Below are positions 19,186-29,042 of a DNA stretch of 64,000 bases, piece by piece. This DNA is from Candidatus Methylomirabilales bacterium (GTDB lineage Bacteria > Methylomirabilota > Methylomirabilia > Methylomirabilales > CSP1-5), in the NCBI GenBank assembly GCA_046758505.1, contig JBHIAH010000002.1, positions 1 to 64,000 of the forward strand, in the 5' to 3' direction. A program made the position numbers and the translations under genes. Each line of letters starts with the position of its first letter. Position 1 is the first letter of the stretch. The notes beneath the pieces were generated by a model. That model ran no database searches and was not told the origin of the DNA. It saw only the letters and a list, made by a program, of their open reading frames with translations.

Positions 19186-19779
19186 TCAGGACGAGACGAG
19201 TCGCTCGAGCTCCGTGACGATCCGGTCGAGTTCTTCCACGATCACGCCCGAGCCGGTATCGTGCAGGGCGGTGACCAAGGAACGGTAGTACCACAACGTC
19301 CCGTCCCTGTCCCCGTTGAATCGCTCCCACAGCACGTCCCCCACGCGCCGAAAATCCGCCAGAATCGCCCGGGCGTTGTGGAGCTTATCCGCCGCCAATA
19401 CCCGGCGCACCTCGGCAGGCGCATGCCGAAGACGCGCAAGATACTGTTCCTTGCGCTGGCGCCATGGGGGCTTGGGAAGGGTATCCGCGTCGGTGCACCC
19501 GTCGACGATGCGGGCGACACGCGCACCGAACCGCCGCCGGATCCCCTCGAGGGTCGGTGGCCCCCCTTGATCTTCGACCGCATCGTGCAACAAAGCCGCG
19601 ATGGCCTCGTCCTCGTCCCCCCCGTCCTCCAGGACGAGCGCGGCCACGCTCATGAGATGCGCCATATACGGAATTGCGGTCCCCTTCCGCTTCTGGGTGG
19701 CGTGCAGGCGGGCGGCATGCTGGAGGGCATCCTCGAAGCGAGGAGAAAGGGCCGGGGGGTTCGCATCCGTCGAAGCCAT
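19186..19779 (-). CDS. HD-domain protein, Mesh1/small alarmone hydrolase-like
   Basis: LHATQKRKG..PYMAH, AALLHDAVEDQ, ADKLHNAR. Confidence 0.88.
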   Translation of the reverse strand: MASTDANPPALSPRFEDALQHAARLHATQKRKGTAIPYMAHLMSVAALVLEDGGDEDEAIAALLHDAVEDQGGPPTLEGIRRRFGARVARIVDGCTDADTLPKPPWRQRKEQYLARLRHAPAEVRRVLAADKLHNARAILADFRRVGDVLWERFNGDRDGTLWYYRSLVTALHDTGSGVIVEELDRIVTELERLVSS

Positions 19780-20047
19780 GCCGCCGCGGTCACCAAGCAG
19801 TGTAATTGCCGTTGTTTCTCGCAAAGATGCCCTGAGATGCTTCCTGCGCTGGGACGATAAAACGCAAGGCACCGAGGGGCCAGTTGCGCCCGCCCGGTGC
19901 CGTATCGGTGCCGGGGAAATCAGCGTGCATTTCCGCCTTCCTTACAGGCAGTTCTCCCTCCTCAGGGCTTCCCTAATAATATATCCCCTCTTCTCCCCCT
20001 CCTGTCAATTGTTCTGCAGGAGCGCGGGGCCGGGGGCCCCCCTTCTC

Positions 20048-20437
20048 TCAGCGCCGCAGCAAGAACCCCGTCCCGTGGCGAAACCCGCGGAAGCGAAGCG
20101 GGTGGCCGTGATCGAAGGCATTGTGGAAGACGGGGTGACGCGAGAGAAACGGGTGCGGGTGAAAGCCGCGGACGAAGCGAGGAGCGCGGTGAAACCGGAC
20201 AGGGTGCACGTCGCGAAACCCGTGGCGGAAGAGGGACACCCGATGGCGCCCAAAGCCCCTGTGGTGCGGGAAAAATCCCCTGTGGTGAGGGAACCCGAAT
20301 CCACGGTGGTGCGGAACCGCATAGAATCCGACAAAGAAACCTCCCCGGGCGGCCGCGCCCCGGGGGAAGGCCAGGACCAGCGTTGCGACCACGAAGACTC
20401 CAGCGATGATCCCATTGAGCAATCCTCTCTTTTGCAT
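20048..20437 (-). CDS. Exported His/Arg/Phe/Gly-rich low-complexity protein
   Basis: RBS GGAGG, signal peptide ending AAA, three PHHRGF repeats. Confidence 0.65.
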   Translation of the reverse strand: MQKRGLLNGIIAGVFVVATLVLAFPRGAAARGGFFVGFYAVPHHRGFGFPHHRGFFPHHRGFGRHRVSLFRHGFRDVHPVRFHRAPRFVRGFHPHPFLSRHPVFHNAFDHGHPLRFRGFRHGTGFLLRR

Positions 20438-20749
20438 CGCGTCCTCCAATCGGAAAACAGCGGAACGCTGCAACAGCTTCCGCGTTACACCGTCGATGTG
20501 AGCTCGACGGCCGGTTCGCGATATGTCCCCCGGGGCTCCCGCGCCATCCCTGGGGACACTGTTCGCATGTACAGACGGCCGCGGCCGGTCGATTATTCAC
20601 CCCGACCTTCCCCCGCCGCCGCTGCTTCTTTCCGAACGATCCCCCCCTGCATCACGGTCCCTACACGCCCATCGGCCCCCTCCCTCGTCGTAGTTATCTC
20701 TCCACACGCGACGCTCCGCCCGAGGCTCACCCGCGCCGAATTTCTTCCC

Positions 20750-20777
20750 TTGACACGTCGGGGCCCAGGGGTATATT
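20750..20777 (+). promoter_or_regulatory. sigma70 promoter of the ncRNA
   Basis: TTGACA-16 bp-TATATT immediately before the structured RNA. Confidence 0.7.
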
Positions 20778-20783
20778 GAAGCT

Positions 20784-20958
20784 GAGCCCCAAGAGGTTCG
20801 TGTGATCTCCGTAACCGGGTCTCTTGATCCGGAGGGGTTGGCGGTCCCTGGAACTCGGGACACCGAGCGCTCCCGTCCGGTCGCGGAAGAGCGGAGGGGA
20901 GAGGACAACGGGGACCGGCCGCCCGGATGAAAAGATCAGTACGGGTCACTTGGGGCTC
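20784..20958 (+). ncRNA. Probable 6S (SsrS)-like RNA
   Basis: 175-nt rod: GAGCCCCAAG/CTTGGGGCTC ends pair, with nested TGATCT/AGATCA, ATCCGG/CCGGAT and CGGTCCC/GGGACCG helices. Confidence 0.6.
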
Positions 20959-21216
20959 CAACGCTCTTCGCGGAGAGGGGAGAGCCGCGAGTGGAGAGCA
21001 CCCTCCGAACCGCGTAGCGCCCCACCCGAAACCACGCTCCAGCGTCCTTTACCGACCGATCAGAGAGCCGACCCAGCGTCCACGCACGCGCCCGCAGCCG
21101 TCTTGTGGATCGGCCCGCCCGTGGTGTAACATATAAAAGGAGAAACCTGATTCCGCGGAAGGTGGGCCCGAGACCGCCGGCGGTGATCCGCGCGGTCCGG
21201 GTGCAGGGTCATTACG

Positions 21217-21888
21217 ATGCGGCTCTTGGTGGTGGAAGACGAAAAGAAGGTCGCCAGCTTCATCAAGCAGGGCCTGGAAGAGGAGGGCTATGCGGTCGAT
21301 GTCGCCCCCGACGGCGAGGAGGGCCTGGCGATGGCCCTGGATCGGGTCCACGATCTGGTTATCCTCGACATCCACCTGCCGCGAATGGACGGGCTCCGCG
21401 TCCTCCAGGAGCTCCGAAGGGCAAAACTGGCAAACCCCGTCCTGCTCCTCACGGTGCGGGCCACGATCGAAGACAAAGTGCTGGGCCTGGACGCCGGCGC
21501 CGACGACTACCTGACCAAGCCGTTCGCCTTTGAAGAGCTGCTCGCCCGCGTGCGGGCGTTGCTCCGGCGACGCGCCCAGGCGGAGCCGCCGGTCCTCGAG
21601 ATCGCCGACCTCACCCTCGACCCCGCGCGGCGTGCCGTGGCGCGGGGGGGTGAACAGATCGACCTGACCGCCAAGGAGTTCGCGCTCCTCGCGTACTTCA
21701 TGCGGAATCCCGGGCGTGTGCTGACCCGGACCATGATTTCCGAACATGTGTGGGACTACTCCTTTGATACCATGACCAACGTCATCGATGTTTACGTGAA
21801 CTATCTCCGGAAGAAGATCGACGCCGGCCGCGAGCCGAAGCTGATCCACACGGTCCGCGGGGTGGGCTACATGCTGAAGACGGAGTGA
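21217..21888 (+). CDS. OmpR-family response regulator (CusR/CzcR-like)
   Basis: LLVVEDE, LDIHLP, GADDYLTKPF, IHTVRGVGY. Confidence 0.95.
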   Translation: MRLLVVEDEKKVASFIKQGLEEEGYAVDVAPDGEEGLAMALDRVHDLVILDIHLPRMDGLRVLQELRRAKLANPVLLLTVRATIEDKVLGLDAGADDYLTKPFAFEELLARVRALLRRRAQAEPPVLEIADLTLDPARRAVARGGEQIDLTAKEFALLAYFMRNPGRVLTRTMISEHVWDYSFDTMTNVIDVYVNYLRKKIDAGREPKLIHTVRGVGYMLKTE

Positions 21889-23297
21889 TCATGCACATCC
21901 GGTCGATCCGGGCTCGCCTCACCCTCTGGTACAGCAGCCTCCTGACCCTCACTTTCCTCCTCCTGGGGGGGACGGCGTACGGGCTCTTGGCCTACAGCCT
22001 CTCCCATGATCTGGATGCCGCGCTGAAGGGCGTCGGCGAGGCCATGGCCAAACAGGCTCCCCGGCGCTTCAGCACGTTTTTTCCTCCCGACATCGACGAG
22101 GTCTTCCGCCGCTTCTTCGGTGCCTCCCCCTTTCACCGATACTTTGAGATGCTGGATCCCGCCGGCCACCGGGATCCCCGGCTGCCCCACACCCGCTCCG
22201 GGAAGCTGCCGCTCAGCGCGCAGGCCCTGAAAAACGCCTCCGAGGGGCGTGCCACCATTGAGACGGTGGAGGGCCTTGGGCCGTACCCGGTCCGGATCCT
22301 GACCATGCCCGTGATCGAGGCAGGCCGCGTCAGCAACCTGATCCAGGTGGGGATGTCGCTCGAGAGTGTCACCGTCACGCGCCGCCGCTTCCTCCTGATC
22401 ATGGCGGGGCTGCTCCCCCTGGGCCTCGTGCTGGCCGGCGGGGGGGGATGGATCCTGGCCCGCCGGGCGCTCAGGCCGGTGGATCGGATGACCGAGGCCG
22501 CCCGTCGCATCAGCGCGGAACACCTCGCCGAACGCCTGGAAGCGACGGGAGCCGGCGACGAGCTGGACCGGTTGGCGACAACGCTGAACGAGATGCTCGG
22601 CCGCCTCGATGCCGCCTTTACACAAATCCGGCAGTTCAGCGCCGACGCCTCCCACGAGCTGCAAACCCCCCTCACCATCCTCAAAGGTGAACTCGAGGTC
22701 GCCCTTCGCGCGCCCAGACACCCGGACGAGTATCAGCGCATCCTCAAGAGTGGCCTCGAAGAGATCAATCGGATCGCACATCTGGTCGAGGGCTTGCTGC
22801 TCCTCGCGCGGGCCGACGCCGGGGTGCTCCGGATGGACCGCCGCCCGGTGGATCTGGCCCAGCTCGCGGAAGAGGTCTATGGGCAGGCCAAGGTGTTGGC
22901 CGACACCCGGTCTATTACCCTCCGCCTCGCGCCGGTCGAGCCGACGTCGATCCCGGGAGATTACGAGCGCCTCAGGCGGCTCCTGTTAAACTTGGTCGAT
23001 AACGGCATCAAGTACACGCCGCCCGGCGGCCAGGTCACGCTCTCCCTGACGGTGGACGGCGCATGGGCGGCCCTCAGGGTCTCGGACACGGGAATTGGCC
23101 TCTCCCGTGAAGAGCGCGGGCGGATCTTTCAACGGTTTTACCGGGCCGCCGAGACCCGCGCGCAGGGTGAAGGGGGGGCCGGTCTGGGGCTGTGCATCGC
23201 CCGATCCATCGCCGAGGCCCACGGGGGAAGGATCCAGGTCGAAAGTGCCCCGGGCCGAGGGAGCACCTTTACCGTGCGTCTTCCCCTGCATGCCTGA
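21885..23297 (+). CDS. Sensor histidine kinase (CusS-like, HAMP)
   Basis: Two TM segments, HAMP, DASHELQTPL H-box, NLVDNGIKY, DTGIG, GLGL. Confidence 0.95.
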   Translation: MIMHIRSIRARLTLWYSSLLTLTFLLLGGTAYGLLAYSLSHDLDAALKGVGEAMAKQAPRRFSTFFPPDIDEVFRRFFGASPFHRYFEMLDPAGHRDPRLPHTRSGKLPLSAQALKNASEGRATIETVEGLGPYPVRILTMPVIEAGRVSNLIQVGMSLESVTVTRRRFLLIMAGLLPLGLVLAGGGGWILARRALRPVDRMTEAARRISAEHLAERLEATGAGDELDRLATTLNEMLGRLDAAFTQIRQFSADASHELQTPLTILKGELEVALRAPRHPDEYQRILKSGLEEINRIAHLVEGLLLLARADAGVLRMDRRPVDLAQLAEEVYGQAKVLADTRSITLRLAPVEPTSIPGDYERLRRLLLNLVDNGIKYTPPGGQVTLSLTVDGAWAALRVSDTGIGLSREERGRIFQRFYRAAETRAQGEGGAGLGLCIARSIAEAHGGRIQVESAPGRGSTFTVRLPLHA

Positions 23298-23368
23298 GCG
23301 GGGTTTTCCCGCCCCATCGACCCACATCGCTCTCCTTCTCCTCCTTTTTTTACCGTCCATGAGAAACT

Positions 23369-23396
23369 TCTAATCCTTCCTTAATCCCGCTCTAAT
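23369..23396 (+). promoter_or_regulatory. Tandem direct repeats, possible OmpR-family binding site before degP
   Basis: TAAT at 23371, 23382 and 23393 (11-bp period). Confidence 0.5.
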
Positions 23397-23568
23397 GCTC
23401 CCCCCCTATATTCACCGGTGGAGAAGCCGAGCGGGCGTTTCGCCCCGGGGGCGGATCGCCCGACACATCGCTCGGCACGGCAAAGGAGAATCACCGATGA
23501 GGCACCCTGTCCACTGCCGGCCGCTCCGCAAAAGCGGAGGGCCCCAATTCAAGAATGGAGGTCACACC

Positions 23569-25035
23569 ATGCGAAAGTTTCTTCCGGCACGGCCCTGGCT
23601 ATCCCGCGCGAGTATTCTGCTCCTCACCGCGGGTGTCATCGGATGGGCCGCGAGCAACTCGGGCGCGACACCCCCGTCGCTCTGGACCGAAAGTCCCGCG
23701 CCGGCCCCGGCGGCCAGTACGCCGTGGACGGCGGTCGCCAAGGCGGATACCCGGGCGGTGGTGAACATCAGCACAACCCAGGTTGTTCGAAATCCCCTGG
23801 GACCGGGCGAAGGGAACCTGGGGCCCGGCGACCCCTTCCAGCAGTTCTTCCGTCACTTCTTCGGCGATGTCCCACGCACCTTCCGGACCCACAGCCTCGG
23901 CTCGGGATTCATCATCCGGCAGGACGGCTACATCGTCACCAATAACCACGTGGTGGATCAGGCCACCGAGATCACGGTCAAGCTCTCCGACGGCCGCCAG
24001 TTCCCGGCCACGGTGGTCGGCCGCGACTCGAAGACCGACCTCGCCCTCGTGAAGATCGACGCCCGGAACCTCCCCACCCTCACCCTCGGGAATTCCGATG
24101 CGCTCCGGGTCGGCGAGCCGGTGATGGCCATCGGCAACCCCTTTGGCCTCGAGCGGACGGTGACCACCGGTATCGTATCGGCCAAGGGTCGCGTCATCGG
24201 CCAGGGTCCGTACGATAACTTCATCCAGACCGATGCCTCCATCAACCCGGGGAACTCCGGTGGCCCCCTGGTCAACACCGCGGGTCAGGTCGTAGGGGTC
24301 AATACCGCCATCATCTCTGGGGGCGGAGGGTCGGTCGGCATCGGCTTTGCCGTCCCCATCAACGAGGCGAAGGCCGTCCTTCCACAGCTCCAGGCAAAGG
24401 GGCATGTGACCCGCGGGTGGCTCGGCGTCACCATCCAGCCCGTGACGCCCGCATTGGCCAAGGCCTTTCATCTGGGGAGCGGCAAGGGCGCCCTGGTGGC
24501 CCAGGTCATCAAGGACACCCCGGCGGCAAAGGCCGGCCTGAAGGCGGGGGACGTGATCGTGGAATATAACGGCCACGCCATCACCAAAGAGAGCGACCTG
24601 CCACGCCTCGTGGCGGCCACACCCCCCGGCCGCGAGGCGGCGGTGAAGATTGTACGCAAAGGCCACGCCCTCACCCTCACGGCGCAGATCGCGGCCCTCC
24701 CGGAGCCGCAGCAGGTGGCTGGGCCCAGCTCCGACCGCGGCAAGCTGGGCCTGAGCATCCAGCCCCTCACCCCGGAGCTCGCTCAGCGGCTCGGCGTCAA
24801 GGACCAGGCCGGCATCGCGGTCGTCGGGGTCCGGCAGGGGAGCCCGGCCGCCGACGCGGGGATCCGGCCTGGGGATGTGATCGCCGAGGTGAACCGGCAG
24901 CCGGTGCGCACCGTCGCGGACCTCCGCACCGCCCTGGCGGCGCGGAAAGCTGGGCAGCCAACCCTCTTCCTGATCCACCGGAAGGGTGGCAGCCTCTTCG
25001 TGGCCATTGAGATCGAGGAACACCCGCAGGGCTAG
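23569..25035 (+). CDS. degP: Do/DegP-family periplasmic serine protease with two PDZ domains
   Basis: LGSGFII, TNNHVV, DLAL, INPGNSGGPL, two PDZ domains. Confidence 0.95.
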   Translation: MRKFLPARPWLSRASILLLTAGVIGWAASNSGATPPSLWTESPAPAPAASTPWTAVAKADTRAVVNISTTQVVRNPLGPGEGNLGPGDPFQQFFRHFFGDVPRTFRTHSLGSGFIIRQDGYIVTNNHVVDQATEITVKLSDGRQFPATVVGRDSKTDLALVKIDARNLPTLTLGNSDALRVGEPVMAIGNPFGLERTVTTGIVSAKGRVIGQGPYDNFIQTDASINPGNSGGPLVNTAGQVVGVNTAIISGGGGSVGIGFAVPINEAKAVLPQLQAKGHVTRGWLGVTIQPVTPALAKAFHLGSGKGALVAQVIKDTPAAKAGLKAGDVIVEYNGHAITKESDLPRLVAATPPGREAAVKIVRKGHALTLTAQIAALPEPQQVAGPSSDRGKLGLSIQPLTPELAQRLGVKDQAGIAVVGVRQGSPAADAGIRPGDVIAEVNRQPVRTVADLRTALAARKAGQPTLFLIHRKGGSLFVAIEIEEHPQG

Positions 25036-25390
25036 CCGGCCAGCCACCGGGACCGGGGAAAGTGCTTTGTCGTGGACGGAAAGAAAAGGATGAGACCGAC
25101 GGGGGACGGCATGCGAACCGACAGAGATCTCAAATACACATCGCGGGAACTCCTCAACAAGGCGAAGCTCGGGAACCGTTCGGCGAGAAAGAAGCTGCGG
25201 CACTTGGGCTTGCGGTATTGGGAGCACAGGGGAAGAGTGATCATGAAGCGGAGTGAGACCCTGCATCCGGAAGGCATGGTCCCCACGCGGCGCCCCCGCG
25301 TCATGTCCCTTGTGTCGACCCGGGTGGCAGCGCGTCTCCCGTCGGTCCGCCGGGGCAGACCGCTGTCACGCACCGCTCTTTCCTCTGCGC

Positions 25391-26071
25391 CTAGCCGATG
25401 AAGCTTCGGAGGATGGTGCCGATGAGGAAGAGTTCCTGGCCCATTTCATCCGTGAGGATGCGCAGGCCGTGGAACACGCCGTTCCTCTCCGGCCCGGCCC
25501 GGTTCCAGACGACTTTCGCCTCCACGGGCGGAAGGGCCAGCCACACCGGGACCGCCACGCTCAAACACATCCGGGGGGGGACCGCCTGAGGGAGGATAAC
25601 CAGCAGGCCACCGTCGGACAGATTCTTGAGGTGGCCCGCCAGGCTGGTATCGGGAGGGACCAGGCAAGTGATCTCCAGATCGACGGGGATGCGGAGTGAG
25701 GCCCGTGGGGTCGGGCCCCCCTGGAATGTCAGGAGCTCTTCCCAGGCGTCGGAGTCGGTCCCGGCCATCCCGATCAACTTGAGACCCATCAGGCCAGGGG
25801 AGCTCCCGGTCGACCAGACCACTACCGCTTCGGCCCGGGTGACCCGGTCCCCCATAAGCAGACGGAGGTTCGTCACGGTCCCTCGGGCCACGAGTCGTGG
25901 GGCCTCCACCAACACCCCGCTCCGGCTCACGTTCCGGGTGAGGCCGAGGGTACGGTAGCCCGGGACTGCCGCGCTCTCGCAGCGGACCGGTATCCGGAGC
26001 GGGAGCCTCGGAGCCTGGCGGCTTTCGGCCTGTCTCATGACGCCCATAAGCCTAGAGCCCTCCGGGTCCAT
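25391..26071 (-). CDS. Tandem PilZ-domain protein
   Basis: RQAPR/NVSRSG in domain 1; NLSDGG and AKVVW in domain 2; start uncertain. Confidence 0.85.
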   Translation of the reverse strand: MDPEGSRLMGVMRQAESRQAPRLPLRIPVRCESAAVPGYRTLGLTRNVSRSGVLVEAPRLVARGTVTNLRLLMGDRVTRAEAVVVWSTGSSPGLMGLKLIGMAGTDSDAWEELLTFQGGPTPRASLRIPVDLEITCLVPPDTSLAGHLKNLSDGGLLVILPQAVPPRMCLSVAVPVWLALPPVEAKVVWNRAGPERNGVFHGLRILTDEMGQELFLIGTILRSFIG

Positions 26072-26273
26072 TATTCATTGCCTTCCGTCCCCCCGAACTC
26101 GTATCGGCCTGACCTATACGCGCACCCACCATCCCCAGGGCTAGCCGTACTCTCTATACTGTTTCACCCCCCTTGTCAACCGCTGATCGTCCACAGGCTG
26201 GCAGGAAAAATGCACTGATTATTGTGGTGCCGGAATGTGCTACGCCGACCCAAGAGGCCAAAAAGGCTGAAAA

Positions 26274-28343
26274 ATGAGGCAGGAGAGCCCCAAACCATCT
26301 GACCATCCGCGCCGCTACCCCGCCGCCCCAGGCCTGCTCCTCCTCCTGGGGCTGGTCGTCTTCGGCCTCGTGCCGGAGCTGGTACGCCGAGAAGCGGTGC
26401 GGCGGCTCGAGGCCCGGATCGACGCGCCCGTGGCCATCGCCGACGTCAACCTGAACCTCTTCACGGGGAGCGCGCATCTTTCGGACCTCGTGATCGGCGG
26501 CCGCGGCGGGTCCCACCCCCTCCTTCGGGTGCCGACCCTGGATCTGACCTTTTCCCGGCGGGCCCTCCTCCGGCGCGAACTCATCATCCACCGGGCAAGG
26601 GCCCACCAGCCGGCCCTTTACCTTCAACGGACCGGGCCCACCCGGTGGAACGTCGACAAGATCCTCCGTGCCCGGGGGGAGGAAGGGAGGCACCTCCGCC
26701 GCTTCACCATCGAGCAGCTCGAAGTCGAGGGGGGTCTGGTCACCATCGTGGACCGCACGACGACCCCGGTCGTGACGAGTCTGCTCCGAGATTTTGATCT
26801 CACGCTCCGCCCGGTCCCCCTGACGCCCGGGGCGAAGGCCGGTGGGGTCACGGGTAAGGCCCGGTTGAATAAGGGCCGCGTCCGGATGCGCGGCACGCTG
26901 CACCTGAATCCGTTCGTGACCCACCTGAAGGTCACCGCCACGGGGGTCCCTCTCGCCGGCTTTCACGGGTACATTCACCAGCTCTTCGGGAGCGCCGAGT
27001 CCCTGGCAGGGGAGCTCGACGGGCGCCTGGATGTGGCCGCGGCCTTGACTGGGCAGGGACATCTGACCTTGGAGGCGCGCGGCGTCATGGAGGGGCAGCG
27101 GGTCGCCTTCGGGTTGCCCGGCGACCGCGAGCCCTTCTTCCGCGCCACGCGGCTCGCCGCCGAGCTCAGCCGGGTGCGCATGATGCCGGTCCTCCGCGTC
27201 GAGGTCAACAACGTCGAGTTCACCGGGGCAACGCTTCGTATTGCGCGGGAGGCCGACGGGACGTTCCATCTCCGACGGCTGTGGGGGGCTTCCCACGCAG
27301 AGCGGACGGGGGGCACGCCACGGTCGCCGGGGCCGTCCAAGGTGCAGACCCCGCTCGTGATCCGACACCTCGCCGCCCACGACAGCCGTATCGAGTTCGT
27401 CGATGCGACGGTCACCCCGGTCTTCACGGGCGCCCTGTCCGAGGTGACAGCCGAGGTCCACAACACCTCTCCCCGGAGCGACCGGGCCACCGTGAAGCTG
27501 ACGGGGAACATGGGCGGCTCCGCCCCAATCGCGCTCAGGGGGTGGTTCACGCCCGTCGCGCGGCCCCGCACGGTCTACATCGAGGGGACGGTCCAGGACT
27601 ATGAGCTGTCGCGGGTGAACCCGTACGCAGAGAAGTACATGCGGCACCGGGTCCGCCGCGGCCGGGTGAGCACCGAGGTGAAGTATCGCTACGACGCCGG
27701 CGACCTCGCCGCCGCGAATGAGATCCGCATTCGGCGGATCAAGCTCGGCAACGCCCTCGGCGACGAGTTTCACGAGCAGGTCGGGATCCCCCTGAAGCTC
27801 GCGCTCGCACTCCTCGAAGGCCTCAACGGCGAGATCCGCCTTCGCATCCCGGTGCGGGGCAACCTAGAGCGACCCGAGTTCCGCCTCAACAAAGTCGTCT
27901 GGAAGGCCGTCCGAAGCGCCATCCTGAAGACCCTCACGGTCCCCTTCCGGGTCGTCGGCACAATTCTCACCGTGGGCGGGAGGATCACCGCGGTACGGAT
28001 CAAGCCCGTTGACTTCGCCCCGGGCTCACTCACGCTTGATCCCCCGAGCGCGGCGCGCCTGAAGCGCCTCACCGCCTTCCTCCGGGACCGGCCGAAGCTC
28101 GAGCTACAACTGCGAGGACGGGCGTCTCGCCAGGAGGCAAAAGCGCTCCCCCGCACGCGGCGCCGCGGCCGGGCCACAACCGACCAGGCGTTGCAAGCCC
28201 TCGCTCAAGAGCGCGCGCGCCACATCGAACGGATCCTGGTCCACCGCGGGATCGCGGAAAAGCGGCTCTTCGTCGTCACGAACGACCCACGCGCCGTACG
28301 GAAGGGCGGGTCGGGGCGGGTCGAGTTTCGCATCCTCCACTGA
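26274..28343 (+). CDS. DUF748/AsmA-like protein with a C-terminal OmpA-like domain
   Basis: N-terminal TM, repeated IEQLEVEGG/IEFVD beta-rich units, IPLKLALALL, ALAQERA...RVEF. Confidence 0.85.
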   Translation: MRQESPKPSDHPRRYPAAPGLLLLLGLVVFGLVPELVRREAVRRLEARIDAPVAIADVNLNLFTGSAHLSDLVIGGRGGSHPLLRVPTLDLTFSRRALLRRELIIHRARAHQPALYLQRTGPTRWNVDKILRARGEEGRHLRRFTIEQLEVEGGLVTIVDRTTTPVVTSLLRDFDLTLRPVPLTPGAKAGGVTGKARLNKGRVRMRGTLHLNPFVTHLKVTATGVPLAGFHGYIHQLFGSAESLAGELDGRLDVAAALTGQGHLTLEARGVMEGQRVAFGLPGDREPFFRATRLAAELSRVRMMPVLRVEVNNVEFTGATLRIAREADGTFHLRRLWGASHAERTGGTPRSPGPSKVQTPLVIRHLAAHDSRIEFVDATVTPVFTGALSEVTAEVHNTSPRSDRATVKLTGNMGGSAPIALRGWFTPVARPRTVYIEGTVQDYELSRVNPYAEKYMRHRVRRGRVSTEVKYRYDAGDLAAANEIRIRRIKLGNALGDEFHEQVGIPLKLALALLEGLNGEIRLRIPVRGNLERPEFRLNKVVWKAVRSAILKTLTVPFRVVGTILTVGGRITAVRIKPVDFAPGSLTLDPPSAARLKRLTAFLRDRPKLELQLRGRASRQEAKALPRTRRRGRATTDQALQALAQERARHIERILVHRGIAEKRLFVVTNDPRAVRKGGSGRVEFRILH

Positions 28344-28432
28344 TTGGTTCATGGTTGATGGTTGATGGTTCAGAGAGAACAGAAATCCGAAATTCGCAGT
28401 CCGAAATTAGTCGGCGGTCGGCGGCTGAAAGC
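28344..28432. repeat. Degenerate heptamer repeat tracts
   Basis: (ATGGTTG)n, (TCCGAAA)-like and (GTCGGCG)n directly after the stop codon. Confidence 0.7.
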
Positions 28433-28523
28433 CGCGATTGACGCCGACCCCGGTTGTATGGTATAAACGCGGTCGCATTTCGTTGTTGCCGTTTTTCCCT
28501 TCCGCCCGGGAATGCAAAACGAC

Positions 28524-28877
28524 ATGCCACCCCGAAAGCGATCAGGGCGGTCCTTCCCTCCCGAGTGGAAGCAATACTATACCCTCAGCCGCAAGGGATC
28601 CTTTACGCAGCGGGACGAGACCAAGATCGCGGCCGCCTTCCGCTCCCTCGCGTTCACCATTGCCTCCCGGGTCAGGAAGGAACGAAACCTGACCCACTAC
28701 CTGGAGCTCAGCGAGAAGGCCCCTGACCTGGCCCGGCGGGCCCTGTATCTCTTGCGCGCCCTGGACCTGGCACAACGGGATGAGGACCCGGAGACGCGTC
28801 GCTGGGCCAGAGAGCATCGCCGCGGCCTGCAAAAGCTCCTAGAACTCCTCCCCCAGAAGAAACCCTCCAAAAAGTAA
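28524..28877 (+). CDS. Small basic hypothetical protein
   Basis: Free-standing ORF with protein-like helical composition. Confidence 0.55.
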   Translation: MPPRKRSGRSFPPEWKQYYTLSRKGSFTQRDETKIAAAFRSLAFTIASRVRKERNLTHYLELSEKAPDLARRALYLLRALDLAQRDEDPETRRWAREHRRGLQKLLELLPQKKPSKK

Positions 28878-29042
28878 ACCGTCTCCCCCACTGCCTGGAT
28901 CATACAATACCCCGGGCGGTCCACAGGGATCCGCACCCACCGATGAAACGCGTCTCCTCTGTTCACGGGATGTCGCGCAGTGTGCCAGGAGGGGCATAGC
29001 AGTGGGGCGAGTGCGGGACCAGGGGGAGCCCCGCAGGGAACA

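Noticed and set aside
23599..25266. 555-aa minus-strand ORF
   Set aside because: Antisense shadow of degP; the same applies to 26154-27773, 33009-34853, 50843-52741 and 61875-63488
25072..25401. 109-aa basic ORF after degP
   Set aside because: Could be real, but has no recognisable motif and a low-complexity tail; not supportable
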